Below, one piece after another: positions 53,755 to 64,000 of a DNA stretch of 64,000 nt. The stretch lies in the NCBI RefSeq assembly GCF_036321535.1, contig NC_087437.1, positions 14,820,001 to 14,884,000 of the forward strand. The letters are read 5' to 3'. The position numbers and the translations under genes were made by a program. How positions within the stretch are numbered: position 1 is the first letter of the stretch; every line of letters begins with the position of its first letter. This DNA is from Camelus dromedarius. Lineage: Eukaryota. The notes under the pieces were generated by a model. That model saw nothing but the letters and a program-made list of their open reading frames with translations. It was not told the origin of the DNA and did no database searches.

Positions 53755-55089
53755 CCAGGCTTTCAGTGAGAGAATATAGGAACCTGTCAAAACTGCAAAT
53801 TAGTCTTGATTCAGCCAAATCTAGATTGGATGAAAGTGACTAGTCCCCATTGTATCTTCTTAGGAGAATAGAAGAGTGAACACACTCTGGAAATGACGAT
53901 ATGTCATCTGGAGCCTCTACGAAATACCATATACAATATCCAGTTGTTTAAGCAAAAATTAAAAGGCGTGCCAGGAGAACTATATGTCCAAAAAACTAAT
54001 AGAAAAGCACACAATATGAATACATCTGCAAATAATCCAGATGCTGCACTAGCAGACAGACAAGGACCTTTAAAAACTATGATTATTAGGGCCAAGAGAA
54101 TAGAGTAAAATGTGGTAAAAATAGAGAAAAAGATGGTCAAAATAGTGTAAAAGGTGGAGAATTTCACTGGAGAACTGAAATCTATGAAGAAGAAATGAAA
54201 TGGAAATTTTAGCAGTGAAAAAGGCAGTAATTCCACTACAGATGCAAGAAAAAGTGTCTCTGTACTTTGTCTGATTGTGGCAGCCAAGATTGAATGGGGG
54301 AATACAGGAATTATGAAACCATGGAAAGAGAATTTCTGCAACTCAGAAATAACATTGTAAATAGCAAAGGAGTCTGTTTTACTCCAAAAAAATTTTTACA
54401 TGAAAAAGGCAATAATTAATGTTAATTTCTCATTAAATGGATTTAGCAATACAATAGATGCAGAGAAAAGGGGATTAGTAAAGCATAGAACAGGTTAATA
54501 TAAAATACCCAAACTAGAGCAGAGGGAAAAGATGGAAATACAGAAAAAAAAAAAAAGCATAATACATCTGTGTATGTTTAAAAGATTCACACACATACAA
54601 TTAAAATCACAGAAGTAGAGTCAACAGAGAATAGGCAGAAGGAATATTTAAACAAACAGTGGCAGAGAATTTTCCAAAAATGATGAAAAACAGCCCACAC
54701 ATTCACAGTTAGGGTAAAATCACACTTAGTCATACCATGGTCAAACCAAAGAACATAAGGAAGATAAAAGGAATGTTTTAAAAGCAGCCAGAGGAGAAAA
54801 ACAGGTTACTATCAAAGGAGCAAAGGAGCAACTGACTTCAGTTGACTTCTCAACAGAAACTATGGACGGAAGAACACAATACAGTGTCACTATTAAAGTC
54901 ATGGAAGAAAGTAACAGGGTAGAATATTATAATCAATGGGAAAAAAGAAAACCCCTATGCAACTATTAGTTAAAAACCCTTAAGACCCTGAGAAAAGTCT
55001 TTGCCAGAAAATTTGCACTTAGGGAAAGAAATTCTTAAGATAGAATAAAAATGATCCCAGATAGAAACATAGAAATTGAGGAAGGAGTT

Positions 55090-55756
55090 GGGGGGAGGGT
55101 GTAGCTCAGGGACAGAGTGCATGCTTAGCATACACTAGGTCCTGGGTTCAGTCCTGCTAACTGAAAACTGGCACTTGCCATCTGCCTCTACAAGGATTGG
55201 ATCATGTTGGCACTTGCCATCTAACCCTGCTTGGATTAAATCACAAGCCGCTGTAGCTGCCGACCTCCAACACTCCCTGAAAGGAATTCAGGAATGACAC
55301 ACTCTGTGCTCTGGGAAAATTGACTGAACAGGCCTTAAATAATTAGATATTATCAGGAGAAGATTTCATAAGCCCAAATTCTTGCATCTCTTCATACCTA
55401 GAAAAGCACTAAAATCATTAACAGTGCCTTCTGCTCCCTGTGACTTGCAGCAGCCTCTGCCGAAACATGTACTTGACTGCACGTACCTACCCTTCACTGA
55501 AATCGGATATAATACTGAGTTTCCCCAGGCCTCTTTGGAACAGTTCCTCATAGCTATCTGAGTTGTTGTCTCCCGGGCTATGGTCCTCGATTTGCCCCGA
55601 ATAAAACTTAACCCACAACTCTCACGTTGCGTGATTTTATTTCAGTTGACAATCCCCAGTATCACCACTAAAAATAAATTAAAAAAAAAAAAAAACCTAA
55701 TTACACCCCCAGAAAAAGAACAGAAAAAAAGAAAAAGAAAACAAAAGAAAACAAAA
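55090..55756 (+). mobile_element. vic-1-like SINE split by an LTR
   Basis: Head at 55090-55154, tail at 55652-55756; 18-bp TSD agaaattgaggaagg(a/c)gt at 55071-55088 and 55757-55774. Confidence 0.9.
55155..55651 (+). mobile_element. ERV solo LTR (497 bp, probably class I)
   Basis: TG...CA ends with inverted repeats tgctaactgaaa / tttcagttgaca, AATAAA at 55600-55605, 4-bp TSD gtcc/atcc. Confidence 0.9.
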
Positions 55757-56350
55757 AGAAATTGAGGAAGGCGTGAAGAGCAATGAAGAGAGTAAATATG
55801 TGGTTAGATATAGACAGATACTGACTTAATAAACAATAATATTTTATGACATTCTAAACTATAAATGTAATTAAAAATGCATAACAATAACACGAGACAG
55901 AAGATAGTAAATGAACTTTTTATAAAGCCCCTACCACTAACAAAGAAGTTGTAGCAGTGATAACTTTCCTTACAATGTAAGTCAAGAGTGTGTGTGTTGT
56001 AATCTATTGTGTACTCACTAAAAAAAAAGAGAAAAATAACATGTAACTAACAAGTTAATAGAGAGAAAAGAATAAACTAATTTTTAAAAAATGACTAATC
56101 TAAAAGAAGGCAGGAAAAGAGAGGAAAGGAAACATAAAACAGGTTAGCCAAATAGAAAAAAATAATAAGGTGGTAGATAACACCCAAATAATCAGTAATT
56201 ACGTTCAATGTCAACAAACTATATATGCCAATTAAAAGTCTAGATTGTCAGATGGAACTTTTAAAATACATGTTGCTTATGAAAGACACACTTGAAATAT
56301 AAGGGCACAGAAACACTGAGCACAAAAGGATGAAAAAACATGCATACAGT

Positions 56351-56480
56351 GGGGAGGGTATATAGCTCAGGGTTAGAGCGCGTGCCTAGCATGCACAAGG
56401 TCCTAAGTTCAATGCCCAGTACCTCCACTGAAAATAAGTAAAAACCTAATTACCTCCCCCCAAATTAAAAACAATAAAAA
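56351..56480 (+). mobile_element. vic-1-like SINE
   Basis: A and B boxes; TSD atgcataca at 56340-56348 and 56481-56489. Confidence 0.87.
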
Positions 56481-57544
56481 ATGCATACAACAATCAAAAG
56501 AAAGCTGGTGTAACTATATCCATGTTAGACAAGAATCTAAGGCACGAAACATCACTAGAGATAAAGAGGCATTTCATAATGATCATAATTATAAAGGGAC
56601 TAACCTACAGGTAAGAGATCACAATCCCCAAAACTCAAATATGTGTGCACTCAAAAATATAATTTTAAAATATATAAAGCAAAAATTGACAGAATTAAAA
56701 GAAGAAATAGACAAATCCACAATCACAGTGGGGAACTTTAATACATCTTTCTCCAGTACTAATAGAAAAATTGGATAAAAATTCAAAGATAGAACTGAAC
56801 AACACAATTTGCAATTTATATACACATATACATTTATGTAGGTACTTTATATATTATACATAAATATTACATATTTTATACATACACACAAATAGTACAC
56901 TTTACCCAACAACCACAGAATACTCATTATTTTTAAATGCACACTAAACTACAAAAAGTAACTGTATGCTGGACCAGCAAACAATCTTCAACACATTTCA
57001 AAAGGCTGAAATTATTCAGAGCATGATACTTTAACATACTGGAACTAAGCTAGACATAAGTAATAAAAGATTAGCAGGAAGTTGCAAATGCAGGAGATCA
57101 AGTAGTACATTTCTAAATAAACTATAAGTCAAATAAGCTATCACAATGAAAATTAGAATATATTTTGAATTAGAACATATATTTAAATATTTTGGGGATA
57201 ATCATAAAGATATATCAAGAAAAGGAGTGTTTTTAGGGAAATTTGTCACCTTTGATCCCTATATTAGAGTAGAAGAGAGGCTGAAGGTCAATGATCTTAA
57301 CTCCCTTTTATAAAAACTAGGGGAAAAAAAAAACCAAAACCCAAAGAAAGTCAAGAGAGTAAAAATCAATGAAATAAGAAGTGAATCTGCAATTGAGAAA
57401 ATCAACAAAGCCGAAATTTGGCCCTTGAAGATGAATAAAACAGATAAAACCCTGGCAATGCTAATCAAGAAAAAAAAGAAAACCTAAATTTCAGGAATGA
57501 AAAAGAAAGTTATAGCAAGGATTCTCTATACATGAAAATGTATA

Positions 57545-57723
57545 GGAGCTTCCAGGTCTGTGAACACTTTCACGTGCTGAGGGTGGTGCGCTCCAGGTGT
57601 TCCTCAGGGGCAGACGGTCCTGTACGCAGGACCCTTCCAGACTTCACCAATGAACCTCTTCATCTGGCTTTTCATCTATATCCTTTATAATATCCTTTAT
57701 AATAAACTAGTAAACATTAAAAA
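57545..57723 (+). mobile_element. MER21-like LTR 3' fragment
   Basis: ggacccttccagac...ctcttcatctggct...tatcctttataataaactagtaaac, inserted within the old L1. Confidence 0.6.
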
Positions 57724-60507
57724 TGAACAATATTATCCTTATATTGTGAACAACTTTACATCAATAAATTTGAAATTTAGATGAAATGGACAAATTCATT
57801 GAAAAACAAAATGTACCAATTCTGAAACTTGAAGAATCAGAAAATCTGAACACTCGTCTAGCTGTTAAAGAAATTTAATCTTGAATTGAAAACCTTTCCA
57901 TTAATAAAACTCTAGACATGGGTGACTTTACTGGTGAAGACTTCCAAACATTTAATAAGAAAATAACACTACTTTTAGATGTCTTCCAAGGAATAAGAAA
58001 AGGGACAACATTTCCCACTTTGCATAACCTTAAAACCAAACTTACAGGGAAATTGAAATAGAGAAAAAATGAAGAATAAATTGTCTCATGAAAAAAGATG
58101 AGATAGATGCAAAAAATCACAAAGAAAATATTAGAATTTCACTGTCAGCAATATATTAAAAGCATTATACGTAACAACCAAGTGAGGTTTATTCCAGGAA
58201 TCTTTTAGTGGTTTAACATTTAAAAATCAATAAGAGTAGTTCTCCACATTAACATAAAAAGGAGGCATAATCATATGATTATGTCAGTAAGTATAGGAAA
58301 AATACTTGATAAAAATTCAACACCCATTCATGATTTAAAAAAAAAAAGGCAACCAGGAGGAAGAGAGCTTCATTAATCTAAACACCTAAATAATATTGAA
58401 AACAAAACAAAACAAAACACTAGCATTTTACCTAATGGTGAATTACTGAAAACTTTTCTCTGCTATCACCAATTCTATGCAGTGATGTACTGGAAGTTCT
58501 AGTCAGTGCAGTAAATCAAGAAAGAGAAATAAAATTATAAGAACTGAAAAAGAGCAAACAAAAAAACATTAATTCACACAAAAATAAGGATATACACAGA
58601 AAATCCAAAAGAAACTATTATAATTATATAATTTTTTATTGTGCAATTTCAATAGTTATTTGAGGACTCTTGGTTTAGAGTCAGTCTTCACAGCCATTTC
58701 AACTGCCTAGTTTAAACAAAAAGCAACGATCTAATTATGTCTATACATTTAATGATACGTCTTCAAACATCAAAGCACTAAATGCACTGGTGATTCATGT
58801 TATAATTTTTAAATGTTTTAAAACTATACAGATATTATACTATCTTATGATTAATAAGATAATTTAATAAGGTCACTGATTCGAGGTCAATATACAAAAA
58901 CCAATTGTTTTTACACATACCAGCAAGAAACAAATGGAAAATGAGTTAAAATAATGATGCCATTATAATAGCACCAAAGAGCAGTTGGTATCTAGGAACA
59001 AATCTAGTAAGGATGTGCAAGACCTTTAAACTGAACACTATAATAAAATATTATCAAGAGAAGACCTAGTAAAGAAGAGCTAAATAATTGGAAGGATATA
59101 CCATATTCATGCATTGCAAGGCATAAAATTGTCAAGATGTCAGGACCCTCTAAACTAATCAATATTTTGAATAGTTCCACACTCCTAACTCACTGAAGAC
59201 AGTGAGTTCCAGTCAAATCTCTGTAGGTATTTTTATTTTCCCCGAAACTGAGATGTCAACTTAAAAATGTACATGGAATTGCAGAAGCTAAAACAACCAC
59301 CACAATAAGCAAACAAACCAAGCCCATCTTGAAGGACAAATGGGAGGACTTAACTATGAAATATGAAATATGAAGATATAAAGTTACAGAGATTAAAACA
59401 ATGAGTTATAAGTGGAAGAATTGATATATAGATCAGTAGACCAGAATGAAGTGTCCAGAAACACATAGACAGTTACCTGATTTTTGATAACGTTTATACT
59501 AAAGTGCAGTAAGGAAAGAATTATCTTTCTAGTAAATGATGCTGGGTCAACTGGGCATATAAATGAGAGGGGAAAGCTTCTATCTCACACCATTCACAAA
59601 TAGAGTTCCAAAAGAATTTAGGCCACGCTTCTCAGCCTTATCTTCTGTGACATCATGCTAGCTCACCAAGTCATTCAGTTTATAGGTGTAGTTAGATAGT
59701 ACAGATTAGAGAGTTTATAAACCATTTATTAAAATTCCAGGAGATCTAATGAGTAAATATTTGGGGCAAAAAAATGTCATGTTAAGAAAAGCCACCCCAT
59801 TCACCTTGCTTGAACCCTGCAATTAAACCTTTCTCTGCTAAAAAAAAAAAAAAAGAATCAATTCCAGATAGATTCCAGTGCTAAATGTGAGGGGTAAAAC
59901 TATAAATCTCCTAAAACATAAGAGACTATTTTCATGAACTTGGTATAGGCAAAGATTTCTTAAACAGTTGACAAAAAAAGTGCTAAACATAAAGGAAAAT
60001 GTTGAAATTGGACTCAGAAATATTTAAAATTTCTGTTTATTCAAAGACATCATCAAGAGTGAAAGACAAGCTACAAACGGAAGAAGGTATTTGAAGCACT
60101 TGTGTCCAATAAAGTTCTCATACCTAGAATTTAAAAAGAACTCCTACAATGCAAGAAAAAATTGCCAAATAATCCAATAAAAATAGGCATATCACATTGT
60201 GCTGTACACCAGAAATTGACACATTGTAATTGACTGTACTTCAATTAAAAAAGAGGAAAAAAAAATCATCATACCACAAAAGAAGATATCTGAATTGCCA
60301 ATAAACATGTGAAAAAGTATTCAACTTTACCAGTCAGCAGTCATCAAAACTGTAATGAGTATCATATGCTCCAGGAGAGCTAAAATTAAACAGTCAGCCC
60401 AAACCAAGTGTGGACAAGGATGTGGGACAACTGAAACTTTTATGCACTGTTAGGAGTGGGAGGAAAGTGGAAATTGAAAACTTCTTTAAGAACAGTTTGG
60501 CAGCAGG

Positions 60508-60658
60508 ATTTTTTTTATATATTTTTTTTGTAGGGGGGAGGTAATTAAGTTTTTATTTTACTATTTATTTACTTATTTTAATGGAGATGCTAGGGATTGA
60601 ACCCAGGACCTTGTGCGTGCTAGGCATGCACTTTCCCACTGAGCTATAGCCACTCCCC
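60508..60658 (-). mobile_element. vic-1-like SINE
   Basis: gggattgaacccaggacc...cactgagctata on the reverse strand; gcagcag on both flanks. Confidence 0.85.
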
Positions 60659-62399
60659 TCCTGCCCTAGCAGCAGTTTCTAAAGCTGAACATAGGCATAT
60701 GCTGTGATCTAGAAATTGTTCCCTTTTGTATAGAATCAACAGAAACGCATACACATGTCACCAACAGATATGTACAAGATTTTTTCACAGCAGTAATTAC
60801 TTCATAATAGCCTCAAATTGAAAAAAAAAACACCAAATGTCCATCAATAGTCATTGATATATTCACCATTGGAATACTACACAGCAGCGAGCATGAACAA
60901 ATTACAATATGTGAAACAGCATGGTCGACTTTCACAAATATTATTTTTAGACAAAGAACCAAGACAGAAAACAGTGTTTACATTATTATTCCATTTGCAT
61001 AAAATACAAAAACAGGTGAAACTCAACTACAGTGTTCAAAATCAGAATAATGGGTACTTTTGATCACTGGTGACTCTAAGAGGAAGGAGGGGGCTTCTAG
61101 GGTGCTGGCAATATTCCCTTTCTCTGAGTGTGGGTTACATGGGTGTGTTCATGGTATGTCAATCCACTGGCCGTACACTTGATTTGTACACTTTCTATAT
61201 GTAAGTTCAATAAAAGTTTCACTTTAAAACTATACATATTCCCTTTTCTCTAGATTAAAAAGAGGAAATGCTATTTTCATTATTGAAATTCTAAAGGTCA
61301 AAGGATTCCTCGAGTGGAAGGAGAGGTGGAAGTTGCTGAGAGTCTGACTCAGAGTCTCTGGCCTGTTAGTGTCTTCAGCATGGGTGGGTGCAGCAGGTGG
61401 TCTTCAGGACAATGTCCCCATCACAGTAGACCCAGAGTAAGGGTTTACCCCTTAGTAGTCTCTGAGGCAAACCCCATGCCGGAGACCCCCTGATGAGTGT
61501 CTCACCAAGGGCAGGACTTGTTCATCCTTTCCTGTGGGATGATGTTCAGGAGGGATTGCTGGTCTAAAGATTGCTTTAGTCTCTGACTAGAAATATGCTA
61601 GCTATTTCCAGCTCACAAGGAGATGGGGTGTGGTCATCACGGACCCTGCCAGCCTCTCTGCTCAGCACGGATCCCGGGTAAACTGAGGCCCTTAAGCCTT
61701 TCTCAGTGTGCTCCACCTGGCCTCACTCCAAAGTCCAGAGGATCACCTCAGAAGCTGACCAGATGTGAAAGTTCCCCTCCTCACTCCACCCTGTCATCTG
61801 GCACATAGAGAGGGATAATGTATGTTTCCTGAGTTGAAAACTCAACTCAGTTGGCTGGAGGTGGTGTGAAAGGGAAGAGGAATCTCCCCCACTGGTTGTC
61901 CAAGGATGGTGATGTCTGCAAGATGCAGAAGGAAGTGGATACTGTTTAATCTGAGGTGTGTGTTTGTGTGTATGTATGTGTATTTCAGGGAAATGGAGGA
62001 GAGGCCAGGTTTGTGTATCATAGTCTCGTGCTCTCAACTTTGTGACTTCCGTGATTTACAGCCTCTTCTCACTCCCAGGACTATCTCTGGCCTCAGTGGA
62101 GGGCAGGGTTAGTCTCTGGCAGAGGGAAGAACTTTTCATAGTCTTGGTAGGAGCTGAAACAAACAACAGTATTTCCTTAACAAAGATTCACCCTTTGCAC
62201 ACAAGGAGAGTGGGCAGAATAAGAGCTATGGTGGGCTAAAATAATAAGGCAGACTGTTTAAATTCAATTGTAATACATTCTTACATTCTTAAGGCCAAAT
62301 GCCGAGGCTGCTTTATTAGACGAGTCTTGGTTTGCAGTTTGAATTATTATATTGCCAGTCCCAAAACTTCATTTGATAGAAAGCCTATTTAAAATGTAT

Positions 62400-63170
62400 T
62401 CAGGGCAGACGACTTGAACAAGAGGGCATCTAAATAGCCAATAAGCATATAGAAAGGTGCTCAACCTCATAAGTCATCAGAGAAACTCAAAATTATAGTG
62501 CAAAACCACCAACACTCCCAGGAAAACAGCAAAAACGTGGAACAATCAAACTCTCCTACTTTTAAAGTGGGAGTAAAAATTGGTTCAACCGCTGGGGGAA
62601 ACTGGCCGTATCTATCAGAGTTGAACATGTACCTACTTTATAAGCAAGCAATTACTCTTCCTGGAAAATAAAATACCCTGCAGAAATACATACATATGTG
62701 CAGGAAAAGACGTGTGCCAGAATGTTCACAGTAGCACTCACAATAAGAGCCCAAACTGGAAACTACTGTCATTAACAGGAAAGATAAATAGCATGTCCTG
62801 CAGACACAGTATGGGGTCATATGCAACACCAACATTGCCTGAAGGCCAACTATACACAGCAACATAGATGAATCTTACAAATATAGGCTCAAGTGAAAGA
62901 AGACAGATTTGTACATATTGTGTGATTCAATATCTATGTTAAAAAAAATCAGCAGAATTAGTCAATGTTGCTAGAAGTCAAGATAATGAATGTCTTTGTG
63001 GGGAGATGGAAGGTAACTGGAAGACGGGCATCCCAGCTCTGTTAACGTTGTTTCTTGATGTGGGTACTTTTTATACACACATGTGCTCATTTGGTGATAA
63101 TTCATTAAATTGTATTCTCAGGATATGTGAAGTTTTATGTATGTTTATTATACTCCAAGAATAAGTTCTT
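62400..63170 (+). mobile_element. Old L1 3' portion
   Basis: tagccaataagcatat...tgctcaacctcat...agaatgttcacagtagcac...cccaaactggaaact. Confidence 0.65.
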
Positions 63171-63231
63171 AAAACTCTATCTAAATTCAGAAGATTTCCC
63201 CCAGGCAGAGGTCACAGACTTCAGGGAGACT

Positions 63232-63266
63232 GGGCTGCGGGCTGCGGGCTGCGGGCTGCGGGCTGC
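63232..63266 (+). repeat. (GGGCTGC)5 tandem repeat
   Basis: Five exact 7-mers, followed by aGGGGtGGG. Confidence 0.95.
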
Positions 63267-63609
63267 AGGGGTGGGTAGAAGCCACCCTCTCGGTTTAGCG
63301 CTTCGCCTGACCTCAGCATGCTGCAGAAGGTTGCAGGGGACCGTGTCACGGAGGTGGGGGCCCGGAGAGTTTGCAGGAGGGACTCGGAGTGGATAACTGA
63401 GCTGCTTTCGGAGGAGGAGTCTGAGGATCCCTGAAAATTGTGTTTAAAACGTAGTGTATACGTGTGCACATGCTTTCCTGGGGAAAGGGTCCACCGTTTT
63501 CACCTTGCCGACCTCCCCTCAGTCCCGAGGAGTCTGTGTTCAGTACATCTAAGAGTTGCTTGTCTACATGAATGTCTGGGGGGATCAGGGAACCTACCTT
63601 CTAGTAACT

Positions 63610-63947
63610 AACCTGGGGCCCAGGCGGTCACTCTGGTCTCCGGTCTCAGTTTCTCTCTCTGTGGAGTAAGGCAGTCAGCCCAGCGGGCTCCTGGGTTGCT
63701 GCGGCTGGTACCTCCGGGGTGCGCACCCCTGGCCCGCGAGCGGAGATCCAGCTCAGGGCGCTGGGCATAGGGAGCAGCCGCGGGTGGGCGGGCAAGTGGC
63801 CCGGGGGAGGAGTGGGGGTGTGGCGAGCGCGATCCACCGGGAAGGGAGGGCGAACCCTTGGGAGGAGGCGGAGCCGCCCCGTCGCGGGCAGGTAAAACTG
63901 GCCGAGGTCCTGGAAGCCGGGTGGCTGTCGTGTGCCCGCAGCGGAGA
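63610..63947 (+). promoter_or_regulatory. GC/CpG-rich promoter and 5' UTR of the transferrin-family gene
   Basis: CpG-rich with GC boxes (gggcgg, ccgccc) directly upstream of the ATG. Confidence 0.7.
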
Positions 63948-63990
63948 ATGAGGCTCGCCATCTGTGTCCTGCTGTGCGCGGGGTCGCTGG
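63948..63990 (+). CDS. ICA: Exon 1 (signal peptide) of a transferrin-family gene, most likely inhibitor of carbonic anhydrase
   Basis: 43-nt coding exon MRLAICVLLCAGSL(G) then gtgagt, the phase-1 layout of transferrin-family exon 1. Near-identical to the recalled pig ICA leader MRLAFCVLLCAGSLG; fits TOPBP1-ICA-TF synteny. Confidence 0.8.
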
Positions 63991-64000
63991 GTGAGTACGC

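Larger units (their letters stand above)
53900..61230 (+). mobile_element. Old, near-full-length degenerate LINE-1 with multiple nested insertions
   Basis: Ordered ORF1 (gagaattttccaaa), endonuclease (gggaactttaatac), RT (aaaattcaacacccattcatga) and 3' UTR remnants; no long ORF remains. Confidence 0.75.

Noticed and set aside
63948..63990. Serotransferrin (TF) itself
   Set aside because: Recalled TF leaders read MRxAVxALLxCAVLG. This leader (ICVLLCAGSLG) and its position next to TOPBP1 fit ICA better, though TF is not fully excluded.
1..64000. CRISPR array, operon or other prokaryotic-type novel system
   Set aside because: The sequence is intron-exon mammalian DNA with LINEs, SINEs and LTRs; no repeat-spacer array is present.

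Overview
Mammalian genomic DNA, most likely a camelid, judging by about seven copies of a tRNA-Ala-derived vic-1-like SINE. Positions ~1-45,040 hold most of TOPBP1 on the minus strand: a non-coding exon 1 in a CpG island plus coding exons 2-25. I mapped each exon by its GT-AG sites and they join in one open frame (4,176 nt, 1,392 codons); exons 26-28 lie left of the window. An ~19 kb retroelement-rich spacer follows, and the window ends in exon 1 of a transferrin-family gene on the plus strand whose signal peptide best fits the inhibitor of carbonic anhydrase (ICA). I see no convincing new biological system. The most unusual items are a semi-processed SLC22 organic-anion-transporter retrocopy in TOPBP1 intron 25, a candidate poison or alternative last exon in intron 23, and a 145-nt AG-exclusion zone before exon 15. 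Also notable are two three-layer nested insertions (MaLR < mRNA retrocopy < young L1; old L1 < SINE < solo LTR) and several polyadenylated LTR tails. Homology and repeat-family names are from recall, not database searches.
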